The position numbers and the translations under genes were made by a program. DNA of 29,480 bases, taken from Candidatus Calditenuaceae archaeon JGI OTU-1. GTDB taxonomy: Archaea > Thermoproteota > Nitrososphaeria_A > Caldarchaeales > Calditenuaceae. Positions 1 to 8,181 of this stretch are shown in pieces. Every line of letters begins with the position of its first letter. The first letter of the stretch is position 1. Where the stretch lies: positions 2,011 to 31,490 of the forward strand of contig AWOE01000011.1 in the NCBI GenBank assembly GCA_000494145.1, in the 5' to 3' direction. The notes under the pieces were generated by a model, which saw only the letters and a program-made list of their open reading frames with translations, made no database searches and was not told where the DNA came from.

Positions 1-187
1 TCTTCTTGGCGACCCTGACCGTGGCCCTTCCCCTGAAGGACGTCCTGAAGCGCTGGAGCACATCAGCGCTCGTCCTCGTCAGGTCGAGGACCATCACCAC
101 CGGCTTCTCCCTGAACATTCTCTCGAGCAGCTCGATCTCCCTCGCCTTCCTCTCCCTCGGCCTCAGCAGCGCCCTCTGGGCCGCCAT
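1..187 (-). CDS. rpl10: 50S ribosomal protein uL10 (archaeal P0), N-terminal part; open at the left window edge
   Basis: Absent from the ORF track because it runs off the window. The reverse strand from ATG 187-185 reads MAAQRALLRPRERKAREIELLERMFREKPVVMVLDLTRTSADVLQRFRTSFRGRATVRVAKK. This fits the conserved N-terminal pattern of archaeal P0/uL10: a hydrophobic VV-x-V-x-DL block, then VxQRxR, then a basic VAKK segment. An A/T-rich box (221-228, reverse ATATTTAA) lies upstream. GTG at 199 is an alternative start. Confidence 0.55.
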   Translation of the reverse strand, partial: MAAQRALLRPRERKAREIELLERMFREKPVVMVLDLTRTSADVLQRFRTSFRGRATVRVAKK

Positions 188-406
188 CTTCGATCCCACG
201 CTCCGGGCGCCCAACCTCGTTAAATATGTACGTCCAGACCGTGCGAACGCGCTCCGCTGACGGTGGTGATGACCTCCCGATACCGAGGGGCGGATCGGTC
301 GCACCCGTCAACGATATCGGCTCCTTGACCGCTCTGACCCGCAACCAGACACGCTCCGGGCCAGTTAAGGGATGTGGACGTCGTCGCCAATGAACCGCGA
401 AAGGGA

Positions 407-496
407 CGGGCCCGCCGGGACTCGAACCCGGGACCTCCGGCTCTCCGCTCGGGCGATCCGCAGGCCGGCGCCCTATCCATGCTAGGCCACGGGCCC
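407..496 (-). tRNA. tRNA-Arg (anticodon GCG) with a 15-nt intron at the canonical 37/38 position
   Basis: The reverse complement of 408-496 folds as a cloverleaf. Acceptor stem GGGCCCG/CGGGCCC; D stem GCCT/GGGC; anticodon stem CCGGC/GCCGG; loop C-U-GCG-G-[intron]-A; variable loop AGGTC; T stem CCGGG/CCCGG with loop TTCGAGT. The intron is ATCGCCCGAGCGGAG (plus-strand coordinates 443-457). Position 407 would be a G discriminator. No CCA is encoded. Confidence 0.9.
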
Positions 497-518
497 TAAC
501 CCTGAACGTTCGGAGGCC

Positions 519-531
519 TCTCAAAAACTCA
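519..531 (-). promoter_or_regulatory. T5 tract (reverse GAGTTTTTGAG): candidate TATA-like box for the tRNA and/or oligo-T terminator for the upstream membrane-protein genes
   Basis: The A5 run at 523-527 on the plus strand is T5 on the minus strand. It sits 27-31 nt upstream of the tRNA 5' end (496) and directly follows the TGA (531-529) of the 32-codon micro-ORF. Archaeal termination typically uses oligo-T. Confidence 0.3.
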
Positions 532-627
532 GAGCTGCCCGGTGAGACGGAGGATCAGCATCAGGAGCACGAGGAGCCCCAGGACCGATGCGAGCAGGGC
601 GACGGAGCCGGCGCTGCTCATGCCCAT
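529..627 (-). CDS. 32-aa hydrophobic micro-protein (single predicted TM helix), translationally coupled to the upstream gene
   Basis: Below the ORF-track size cutoff. Reverse-strand ATG 627-625 overlaps the TGA (629-627) of the 627..911 gene as TGATG. The translation is MGMSSAGSVALLASVLGLLVLLMLILRLTGQL, ending at TGA 531-529. Confidence 0.3.
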   Translation of the reverse strand: MGMSSAGSVALLASVLGLLVLLMLILRLTGQL

Positions 628-911
628 CACCTGATAGGAACGAACTGGACGCCAGCGATCGAGAGGACGCTCAGCAGCAGGAAGGCGATGACGGCCCCTA
701 TCCCGAGGACGGCGAGGCTCGAGAGCGACCTGGGCTCGTAGGCCAGATGCATGAAGAACAGGGCTATCAGCACCGCCTTCCCTCCGGCCAGCAGGACTAT
801 CGACGCGTCGACCACGGCCCTCGGAAGGGGTTGGAAGAAGACCACTAGCTCAAGCGCGGTCAAGACCACGAGCGCCGCGAACACCGCGACGTAGATCCAG
901 ACCCTAGCCAA
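627..911 (-). CDS. Small three-helix membrane protein resembling the prokaryotic cytochrome oxidase subunit IV family (COX4_pro-like)
   Basis: 94 aa and strongly hydrophobic. The motif KAVLIALFFMHL resembles the K-x-(hydrophobic)-x-FMHL signature I recall for PF03626-type proteins. The start is a TTG at 911. A TATA-like box at 938-946 (reverse CATATATCA) lies about 30 nt upstream. No other oxidase subunit is adjacent, so the function is uncertain. Confidence 0.5.
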   Translation of the reverse strand: MARVWIYVAVFAALVVLTALELVVFFQPLPRAVVDASIVLLAGGKAVLIALFFMHLAYEPRSLSSLAVLGIGAVIAFLLLSVLSIAGVQFVPIR

Positions 912-916
912 GCCTC

Positions 917-930
917 CTCGTCCGGACGAG
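917..930. promoter_or_regulatory. Perfect 14-bp palindrome CTCGTCC/GGACGAG between the TATA-like box and the start of the 627..911 gene
   Basis: Read directly: ctcgtccggacgag is its own reverse complement. It lies between the A/T box (938-946) and the start codon (911), the position typical of archaeal repressor operators. Confidence 0.3.
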
Positions 931-1021
931 ATACCGGTGATATATGGTGATTTTCCGGCGAAGCGGTCGGGGCGCGGTCAGGGTTATCACGAGCTGGAGA
1001 AGCGGGACTCCGGGTCTCCGG

Positions 1022-2416
1022 ATGAGGGAGCTGCAGGTCTGGAAGTTCGGCGGAACCTCCCTAGGCAACGGCGTCCTGATGAGGAGCGCGGCCGAGCTGG
1101 TCGTCGAGGCCCTCGGGACGAGGGACCTCATCGTCGTCTGTTCGGCAATGGGCGACACGACGGACCATTTGATGGCGGTGGCGGACGCGGCCTCGAGGGG
1201 GGATTCCCAGACGGCCATCGAGACGATAAGGAGATTGAGGGAGGCCCACGTCAGGGCCTGTAGGGAGGCGGTTGGGGACGTCGAGGTCAGGAAAGAGGTC
1301 GAGTCGTTTGTGGCCGAGAGGACCGAGGAGCTCGAGAAGGTGGCGACCAGCGCTTCGCTGCTGCGGGAGGTCACCGATAGGACGAGGGACCTGATCGCGT
1401 CCTTCGGCGAGAGGCTCTCGACGAAGATCTTCTGGGGTGCCCTCAAGTCGATGGGCGTCGACGCGGTCTACCTCGAGGGAGGGGAAGCCGGCATCGTCAC
1501 CGACGACTCCTTCGGCAGCGCCAACCCGCTGATGCCCTTGACGGCCCAGCTGCTGAGGGAGCGCGTCGGCAGGCTCATCGCCGAGGGGAAGGTCCCTGTG
1601 GTGACCGGTTACATAGCGGCCAACAAGGAGGGCGTCACGACTACCCTCGGCAGGGGCGGATCGGACTACACGGCCACGCTCATCGCTTACTCGCTCGACG
1701 CCAAGGAGGTCTGGCTCTGGACGGACGTCGACGGCATGATGTCGGCGGACCCAAGGGTGGTCGGAACGGCTCGGGTCCTGAGGAGGATATCGTACGATGA
1801 GGCGGTGGAGATGGCCTACTTCGGCGCGAAGGGGCTCCAGATCAGGACGATCCTTCCGGCAAAGGAGAAGGGGATCCTCATCAGGATCAAGAACACCTTC
1901 AACCCCGAGGCCGAGGGGACGGTGATATGCGACTCGACCGAGAGGGAGCCGGGGGTCACCAAAGCGGTCCTCTTCACCAAGAACGTCTCGATGCTGACGG
2001 TCAAGGGCGACGTCCTCAAGGGCGGCGTCCTCTCCGCGAGGGTGCTCGCGGTCCTCGAGAAGCTGAAGGTCGTGCCGCTGATGATATCGCAGAGCGTCTC
2101 GAGCGCCTCCATCTCGGTCGTCCTCCCTAAACCCGTGACGGACCTCGTCGTCCCAGGGTTAGAGCGGGAGGTCATCGGCGAGCTCGGAGGGGGCGAGCTG
2201 GAGGTGGAGCGCGACGTCGCTGCGATCGCCGTGATCGGCGAGGGCATGAAGGGGACTCCGGGCGTTGCGAGCAGGGTCTTCACGGCGGTCGCGAAGAGGG
2301 GGATCAACGTCAGGATGATCGCTCAGGGCTCATCGGAGCTCAACATCTCGTTCGTCGTGAAGGAGCGGGACGCGGAGGAGGCCGTGAGGGCGGTCCACGA
2401 GGCCTTCATCGGGTAG
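1022..2416 (+). CDS. lysC: Aspartate kinase (amino-acid kinase domain plus C-terminal ACT domains)
   Basis: MRELQVWKFGGTSLGNG is the classic aspartokinase N-terminus, and TTLGRGGSDYTA and WTDVDGMMSADPR are also present. The C-terminal part has repeated ACT-like segments (AVIGEGMKGTPGVASRVF). The ORF-track start at 944 adds a non-homologous 26-aa extension, so I prefer ATG 1022. Confidence 0.9.
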   Translation: MRELQVWKFGGTSLGNGVLMRSAAELVVEALGTRDLIVVCSAMGDTTDHLMAVADAASRGDSQTAIETIRRLREAHVRACREAVGDVEVRKEVESFVAERTEELEKVATSASLLREVTDRTRDLIASFGERLSTKIFWGALKSMGVDAVYLEGGEAGIVTDDSFGSANPLMPLTAQLLRERVGRLIAEGKVPVVTGYIAANKEGVTTTLGRGGSDYTATLIAYSLDAKEVWLWTDVDGMMSADPRVVGTARVLRRISYDEAVEMAYFGAKGLQIRTILPAKEKGILIRIKNTFNPEAEGTVICDSTEREPGVTKAVLFTKNVSMLTVKGDVLKGGVLSARVLAVLEKLKVVPLMISQSVSSASISVVLPKPVTDLVVPGLEREVIGELGGGELEVERDVAAIAVIGEGMKGTPGVASRVFTAVAKRGINVRMIAQGSSELNISFVVKERDAEEAVRAVHEAFIG

Positions 2417-2427
2417 CCTCCGCGCGC

Positions 2428-3021
2428 TCACAGCCTGTTGACCTTGGGCCTCACTACGAGCTTGATCATCCCCCTCGAGACGGTCTGGTTGAGGACCTCG
2501 ACCCCGAAGACGGAGAGCATCTCCTTGGCCGCAACGGAGACGGCCTCCGTCGTCTCGATCGACTCTCCGATCCCCACAACCGATATCTCCATCCCGTCCT
2601 TCCCCAGGTTCTTCAGCTCTATCCTCTTCAGCGGGAAGAAGTATGAGAACAGCGCCGCGAGGCTCACGAGCTCCTCGAAGCTCGAGGCGTAGGTCTTCAT
2701 CAGGAGGCCGACGTCCTTGCCCAGCTGGCTGAAGAGGGAGAAGAGCTTCTTCCTGTCGTGGCTGTAAAGCTCCTTGATCAGTGCGTCCATGAAGTATGAG
2801 GGCAAGACCACCGCGTCGACGTCACGGAGGACCTTGTAGACCCGCCAGAGGTTGGAGATCACCGTGTCGCTCCCGCTCTCGCGGACGACCTGGATCCCCT
2901 GCTCCAGGATGCTGGAGGCCAAGGAGTAGACCGTTGACCTCCTCTCCTTCGCCAGCTCCGACAACTTCTCAGCTACGTCCCTCCTAACCGCTAAGGTAGT
3001 CCTCTCTCTGACCGCGTCCAA
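2428..3021 (-). CDS. Hypothetical protein with a possible N-terminal ribbon-helix-helix (CopG-like) segment
   Basis: 197-aa ORF with the GC3-rich codon usage typical of this window. The N-terminus TTLAVRRDVAEKLSELAKERRSTVYSLASSILEQGI has a beta-strand-then-two-helix RHH-like pattern. I do not recognise the rest. Confidence 0.55.
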   Translation of the reverse strand: MDAVRERTTLAVRRDVAEKLSELAKERRSTVYSLASSILEQGIQVVRESGSDTVISNLWRVYKVLRDVDAVVLPSYFMDALIKELYSHDRKKLFSLFSQLGKDVGLLMKTYASSFEELVSLAALFSYFFPLKRIELKNLGKDGMEISVVGIGESIETTEAVSVAAKEMLSVFGVEVLNQTVSRGMIKLVVRPKVNRL

Positions 3022-3086
3022 CTCTACATGTCACTTACTACAACCGGTATTCATTTGTGTTTGTTTGCATACACTGTAGCAGGCTC

Positions 3087-3587
3087 CTAAGACGACTGGG
3101 CGGGTTCGGCCTCCGGACGGAGCAGGAGCCTGATCTGGGCCTCTTCCTCCTTCTTCACGAGGTAGCCGGGGGCGTTCACGATCTGATCGCCTATGGCAAT
3201 GTGCCTGTGCGTTATCAGCTGCCGGGCGTGATAGACGGTCCTGGCCAATCCGAGCCTGTAGACCACGGTCTGGAGCCTCCTCTCGAGGATGTCCCTGACC
3301 GTGAGCCTAAGGACGTCGTCGGCCGTCGCGTTCTCGGAGACGAGCCCGTACTTCGCTAAGGTCCTGATCAGCTCCGACTCCCTCCTCGCCCTCTCCTCAC
3401 CTGTCAGGACGAAGAGGCTCCTAGCGATCTTCCTGTACTTCCTCAGGATCGCCTGCGCTCTCCAGAGCTCCCTCTTGTTCCTCAGGCCGTACTCTCCGAC
3501 TAGACTGAGCTCCTCCATCAGCCTGTCAGCGCGCCACGGATGCCTCGGCGTCTCGTACCTCTTCCGCGGCCTCTTCGGATCGCCCAT
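3087..3587 (-). CDS. rps4: 30S ribosomal protein uS4 (archaeal S4 / eukaryotic S9 type)
   Basis: The N-terminus MGDPKRPRKRYETPRHPW is typical of the family. An S4 RNA-binding domain follows (RRLQTVVYRLGLARTVYHARQLITHRHIAIGDQIVNAPGYLV). Confidence 0.95.
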   Translation of the reverse strand: MGDPKRPRKRYETPRHPWRADRLMEELSLVGEYGLRNKRELWRAQAILRKYRKIARSLFVLTGEERARRESELIRTLAKYGLVSENATADDVLRLTVRDILERRLQTVVYRLGLARTVYHARQLITHRHIAIGDQIVNAPGYLVKKEEEAQIRLLLRPEAEPAQSS

Positions 3588-3695
3588 TCCCCTCGGAGCG
3601 GTTCCGAGCGGGTATTAGACCTACCGCATGCCCCACGAGGACCAGCGACAGGGGTGGACCCCGACTCCTCTAACCAAAAATCCCGGCATCGAGAT

Positions 3696-5492
3696 GTGAA
3701 TGGTGTGAGGTCTGCCGAGGAGATCAGGGCGGTAATAGAGGCGGCGCAGGGGCTCAGGGACCTGACGCTCTTGATCAAGGGCGCTGGTGTCCTGAACGTC
3801 TTCACGGGCGAGATCGAGGACCTCAACATCGGGATCTACCTGGAGAGGGTCGTCTACCTAGGCAGGGAGGAACGGAAAGCGGAGAGGGTGATCGAGGTCC
3901 GCGGCGTAGCTGTCCCCGGCTTCATCGACACCCACCTCCACATCGAGAGCAGCATGGTCACGCCCGTGAGGTTCGCCGAGGCCGTACTACCTCACGGAAC
4001 CACCACCGTCGTCGCGGACCCTCACGAGATAGCGAACGTCCTCGGCAAGGAGGGGGTCAGGATGATGCTCGAGAACTCCAGAGGGCTCCCCATGAAGATC
4101 TACTACTTCATGCCGACGTGCGTCCCAGAATCCGACGCTGTCACAGCCGGTGCCGAGATAACGCCGGAGGACATCGAGGAGGCACTGGGATGGGACGGAA
4201 TAGCGGGGCTCGGCGAGGTTATGGACTTCGAGGCGGTCCTGGCGGGGAAGGAGAAGTTCATGCGCATCCTGGAGCTGGGTTGGAGGAAGAACGCCGTGAT
4301 CGACGGACACTGCGTCCTCCTCTCGGGTGCGAGGCTTGGCGCCTACATCGCTGCCGGCCCAGAGGCCGACCATGAGAACTTCACGGTCGATTCGATGCTC
4401 GAGAAGCTGAGGCGCGGCATGTACGTAAAGCTCAGGGGACCCTACATCCTGGACTCGAAGAGGTTCGTTGAGGCGCTGAGGTCAGTACCTGACGGATGGG
4501 ACAGGGTCCTGTTCGTGACCGACGACGTCATGCCCGACACGCTTCTCGAGAAGGGACACATGGACTTCGTGATCAGGTCGATGATCGAGGCGGGGATGGA
4601 CGAGGTCGAGGCGATCAGGAGCGCAACCCTTCGGCCGGCGGAGCACATGAGGATGCGGGAGCTCGGCGCGATCGCACCGGGCAGGCTGGCGGACGTCGTG
4701 GTCCTCAAGGACCTCAGGAGGGTCGAGGTCGACCTCGTGGTCTCGAAAGGCGTCCCCGTCGCGAGGGAGGGACGGATGATCGTCGAGCTCGACGGCAGGC
4801 CCTTCGACAGGAGGGCCTACGGCACGGTGAAGGTGAGGGAGCTGAGGCCTGAGGACTTCGAGTTCGTCGCCCCCATCGATAACGGCAGGATGAGGGTGAG
4901 GGTCGTGGACTTCCCGAGGCCCGAGGAGGTCCAGGGCGACCTCGCGTGGGCCTTCCTCCAGATGATCGTGACCAAGGCGTCGGAGGCCGTCGTCGAGGTG
5001 AGGGGTCGCAGGCCTGTCCTGGGGGAGGTGGCGCTGATGAAGGTGATAGAGCGTCACGGGAAGCACGGACAGAGCGGGATCGGCTTCGTGAGGAACATGC
5101 TGAGGAGGGGCGCTGTGGCGACGACGGTAGCCCACGACTCGCACAACCTAGCGGTGGTAGGGACCGACCCCGTGGACATGTACACCGCTGCGAAAGAGGT
5201 GGTGAAGGCCGGTGGAGGGATGGCTGCGGCTCTCAACGGAGAGGTTCTGGCTTTGATCGAGCTCCCTGTCGCAGGCCTGATGTCCGAGGAGCCGGTGGAG
5301 GTTATGGCGGGGAAGATGAAGGCCTTCAGGGAGGCCCTGAGGAAGCTCGATGCCATAGATCATCCGTACATGCCCCTCGTCTCGCTCATGACCCTCTCCG
5401 TGATCCCGGCCTACAGGATCACCGATAAGGGACTCTTCGACGTCGTGAACCAGCGCTTCCTCGACCCAGTCATCGAGGCATTCCCGTCATGA
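3696..5492 (+). CDS. ade: Adenine deaminase (amidohydrolase superfamily, Ade type)
   Basis: PGFIDTHLHIESSMVTP is the metal-binding HxH motif. Also present are GTTTVVADPHEIANV, a DGH segment and the C-terminal adenine-deaminase domain (ATTVAHDSHNLAVVG). The ORF-track start at 3540 overlaps rps4, so I use in-frame GTG 3696 (VNGVRSAEEIR). GTG 3705 is an alternative. Confidence 0.85.
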   Translation: MNGVRSAEEIRAVIEAAQGLRDLTLLIKGAGVLNVFTGEIEDLNIGIYLERVVYLGREERKAERVIEVRGVAVPGFIDTHLHIESSMVTPVRFAEAVLPHGTTTVVADPHEIANVLGKEGVRMMLENSRGLPMKIYYFMPTCVPESDAVTAGAEITPEDIEEALGWDGIAGLGEVMDFEAVLAGKEKFMRILELGWRKNAVIDGHCVLLSGARLGAYIAAGPEADHENFTVDSMLEKLRRGMYVKLRGPYILDSKRFVEALRSVPDGWDRVLFVTDDVMPDTLLEKGHMDFVIRSMIEAGMDEVEAIRSATLRPAEHMRMRELGAIAPGRLADVVVLKDLRRVEVDLVVSKGVPVAREGRMIVELDGRPFDRRAYGTVKVRELRPEDFEFVAPIDNGRMRVRVVDFPRPEEVQGDLAWAFLQMIVTKASEAVVEVRGRRPVLGEVALMKVIERHGKHGQSGIGFVRNMLRRGAVATTVAHDSHNLAVVGTDPVDMYTAAKEVVKAGGGMAAALNGEVLALIELPVAGLMSEEPVEVMAGKMKAFREALRKLDAIDHPYMPLVSLMTLSVIPAYRITDKGLFDVVNQRFLDPVIEAFPS

Positions 5493-5514
5493 ACCGGACT
5501 TCGGTGAAGGTCTG

Positions 5515-6912
5515 GTGACGACCTACGACCTGATCCTGAGGAACTGCAAAGCCGTGGACGTCTCGGGGACGCAGGACTGCGAGATTGCGGTCGACGGCGG
5601 AAAGATCGTCAAGCTCGCGAAGGTCATAGAGGACGGAGCGAACAGGATCATCGACTGCACCGGGAAGCTGGTCATCCCCGGAGCTATAGACGGCCACGTC
5701 CACTTCGAGATGGAGTACGGGCCGGGGATCAGGACCGCTGACGACTTCAGGACCGGGACCGAGAGCGCGGCGGCCGGCGGAGTGACGACGGTGATCGACT
5801 TCGTAACGCCGGTCAGGGGCCAGCCCCTCTCGGATGCCTTCGAGGAGAGGCTGAGGGCGGCGCAGGGGAAGGTCCTCGTCGACTTCGGGCTCCACGTCTG
5901 CGTCCTCGAGGCGAACGCCCAGAGGATCTCCGAACTGAGGCGGCTCGTCGAGGAGAGGGGCGTCGCATCGGTCAAGGTCTTCACGGCCTACAGGTCAAGG
6001 GGTCTGATGATAGACGACGGGTCCCTGATCAGGCTCTCGAGGGAGCTGGCTGCGATGGACGTGCTGATGCTCTGCCACTGCGAGAACGAGGAGATGGTGG
6101 CGAGGGCCACCGAGGAGCTCGCCTTCGAGGGGAGGACCGACGTCGCCCACTACGAGTCCAGCAGGCCCGATTACGCCGAGGCGGAGGCCGTGAACAGGAT
6201 CGGCTTCATCTCTGCGGTCACGGGCGTTGAGTTCCTCGTCGTCCACATCTCCTCGGCCGCTGCGCTCTCCTCCCTCAGGACCTTGAAGAGGTCGGGCGTC
6301 AGGGCGACGGGCGAGACATGTCCCCACTACCTCGTCTTCACGAAGGAGGTCTACAGGAGTGAGAGGGGGCCCCTGTACGTGATGGCACCTCCCCTGAGGA
6401 CCGCGCTGGACAAGGAGGCCCTCTGGAGAGGGATATCCGACGGAACGATCGACGTCGTCGGGAGCGACCACGCTCCCTACCTCGCGGTCCACAAGTTCAG
6501 GTCGAGGGACTTCAGGGAGATACCCGGCGGAGTTCAGGGGACCGAGGTGATCGTGCCGCTGCTCTTCTCGGAGGGCGTCAGGAGGGGCCTGATCGGTCTG
6601 GAGAGGCTGGTCGAGCTGACCTCCTACAACCCGGCGAGGATTTACGGCCTTTCGCACAGGAAGGGGAGAATCGCCGTCGGTTTCGACGCGGACATCGTCG
6701 TCATCGACCCCGAGAAGAGGGTGAGGCTCGGAAGGGAAACGCTCCACAGCTCCCTTGACCACTCGATCTACGAGGGCGTCGAGGTCACCGGCTACCCCGT
6801 CCTCACGGTGGCTCGTGGGGAGGTGGTTGCCGAGGACGGCCAGGTCACCGGAAGGCCGGGAAGGGGCGAGTACCTCCACAGGAGTAGGCAGAAGTCCAAT
6901 CAGCTGAGGTAG
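5515..6912 (+). CDS. Dihydropyrimidinase / D-hydantoinase family cyclic amidohydrolase
   Basis: PGAIDGHVHFEM provides the HxH motif. Also present are AAAGGVTTVIDF, KVFTAY (the carboxylated-lysine region), VHISS, and GSDHAP near the C-terminal third. GTG start at 5515 with GGTGA 7 nt upstream, 22 nt after the ade stop. Confidence 0.85.
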   Translation: MTTYDLILRNCKAVDVSGTQDCEIAVDGGKIVKLAKVIEDGANRIIDCTGKLVIPGAIDGHVHFEMEYGPGIRTADDFRTGTESAAAGGVTTVIDFVTPVRGQPLSDAFEERLRAAQGKVLVDFGLHVCVLEANAQRISELRRLVEERGVASVKVFTAYRSRGLMIDDGSLIRLSRELAAMDVLMLCHCENEEMVARATEELAFEGRTDVAHYESSRPDYAEAEAVNRIGFISAVTGVEFLVVHISSAAALSSLRTLKRSGVRATGETCPHYLVFTKEVYRSERGPLYVMAPPLRTALDKEALWRGISDGTIDVVGSDHAPYLAVHKFRSRDFREIPGGVQGTEVIVPLLFSEGVRRGLIGLERLVELTSYNPARIYGLSHRKGRIAVGFDADIVVIDPEKRVRLGRETLHSSLDHSIYEGVEVTGYPVLTVARGEVVAEDGQVTGRPGRGEYLHRSRQKSNQLR

Positions 6913-8177
6913 CGCTTAAGCTCCTCCACCTCCGGTTTTATCAGAGGTATCTCGCCGACGCTCCCCAGGAGCTTCTCGACCTCCTTCAGGCCCGATCCGG
7001 TGACCAGCACGACGACCCTGTCCGATCTGTCGATAAAGCCCTCGTCGAGGAGCCTCCTCAGCGCCGCGAGGCCCACGGCACCGGAAGGCTCCGCGAAGAC
7101 GCCGGCTTTGGACGCGAGGACCCTGACCGACTCCATTATCTCTTCGTCAGGGACCGCCACGCCTCTGCCTCCAGTCCTCTTGACGCCCTCGATCGCCGCG
7201 TCACCGTCCCAGGGGAAGGGGTCCAGAAGTCCAGACGCGACGGACCTGGGGTTCCTCTCCGGCTCTATCTCCTCGAAAGGCGTCCCCGAGTTGATGGCCC
7301 TCACGAGTTGCTGGTTCCCCTCCGGCTGGACCGGGATCAGCATCGGCAGGTCCTCCTCCCGCAAGAGGCCCAGCTCCGTCAGGTCCCTGAGGCCCTTCCA
7401 GATCCCGGTGATGAAGCACCCTGAACCGGTCGGGACGAGGATCGCGTCGGGCGACTCCCACCCCAGCTGCTCCAGGACCTCGTAGCTGACGGTCTTGGGG
7501 CCCTCGACCTGGTATGGGTTGAAGGGGCCGAAGCTCGGGCAGGGGTACCATCCGAAGGCCCTGACGGCCTTGACCATGAGGTCGACGGTCGGGTCCCTAC
7601 CTTCCTCGACCGACCTCACCCTGAAGAGCTTGGCGCCGAAGGTGACCAGCTGGGCCGCCTTCCCCATCGAGACGTCCTCAGGTACGAAGGCGTAGCACGA
7701 GATGCCGAGGGACGCGCAGTAGGCCGCGAGGGAGGAGGCAGCGTTGCCGCTGGAAGCGGTGACCGCCACTTTCTTCCCCAACTCCGCCGCCTTGGCCACG
7801 CCCACCGCCATCGCCCTGTCCTTGAAGGAGCCGGTCGGGTTGCGGGTCTCGTCCTTGAGGTAGACCGCCTCCGTCCCGAGGAACTCGTTGAGCCTGCTGG
7901 AGCGGAGCATGGGCGTCCCACCCTCCCGGATCGGCGACGCGAACTCCATCGGTGCCGGCATCAGCTCGTGGTACCGCCAGACGCCCATCTCCCTCGGCCT
8001 CGACTCGATGACCCGCCTGCTGAGGACCTCCCTGATCGCATCGTAGTCGTAGATCACGTCGAGCCTTCCGAGGTCCATCCTGCCGCACATCACCGGGCCT
8101 TCCTCCGGCCTGTACCTCGTCCCGCACCTGGAGCAGACCAGCTCCACCACGTAGGACCTCGACCTCGGACCGGGCAT
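6900..8177 (-). CDS. thrC: Threonine synthase family PLP enzyme (ThrC-like, N-terminal zinc ribbon)
   Basis: NPTGSFKDRAM carries the PLP lysine, ASSGNAASSLAAY is present, and CSRCGTRY...C is an N-terminal Cys-ribbon as in archaeal ThrC. The start ATG 8177 is 4 nt after the stop of the upstream SsnA-like gene. Operon context makes a non-threonine role possible. Confidence 0.8.
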   Translation of the reverse strand: MPGPRSRSYVVELVCSRCGTRYRPEEGPVMCGRMDLGRLDVIYDYDAIREVLSRRVIESRPREMGVWRYHELMPAPMEFASPIREGGTPMLRSSRLNEFLGTEAVYLKDETRNPTGSFKDRAMAVGVAKAAELGKKVAVTASSGNAASSLAAYCASLGISCYAFVPEDVSMGKAAQLVTFGAKLFRVRSVEEGRDPTVDLMVKAVRAFGWYPCPSFGPFNPYQVEGPKTVSYEVLEQLGWESPDAILVPTGSGCFITGIWKGLRDLTELGLLREEDLPMLIPVQPEGNQQLVRAINSGTPFEEIEPERNPRSVASGLLDPFPWDGDAAIEGVKRTGGRGVAVPDEEIMESVRVLASKAGVFAEPSGAVGLAALRRLLDEGFIDRSDRVVVLVTGSGLKEVEKLLGSVGEIPLIKPEVEELKRYLS

Positions 8178-8181
8178 CGGA

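Noticed and set aside
63-524. 153-aa and 86-aa minus-strand ORFs (63..524, 220..480), and the 84-aa plus ORF 6..260
   Set aside because: They overlap the tRNA-Arg gene and the uL10 N-terminus. Their translations are R/P/G-rich, as expected of out-of-frame reading of GC-rich DNA. The uL10-like frame and the tRNA explain the region.
944-1021. N-terminal 26-aa extension of aspartate kinase, and similar long ORF-track starts at 3540, 10709, 10946, 14763 and 26135
   Set aside because: The extensions are non-homologous, and they overlap neighbouring genes or contain the gene's own TATA-like box. Internal starts match the family N-termini.
5995-6879. 294-aa minus ORF; the same applies to 19240..20115 (-), 9636..10577 (+), 12547..13338 (+), 8341..9150 (+), 22203..23069 (+), 4482..5144 (-), 904..1446 (-) and 17310..17873 (-)
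   Set aside because: All lie antisense or out of frame inside confidently assigned genes and have the typical shadow-ORF amino-acid composition.
6900-8177. Considered calling the PLP enzyme a YgeX (diaminopropionate ammonia-lyase) orthologue, to complete the ygeW/ssnA analogy
   Set aside because: The PLP-lysine motif NPTGSFKDR and the N-terminal Cys ribbon are of threonine-synthase type, not YgeX type. I kept it as ThrC-like, with function left open.
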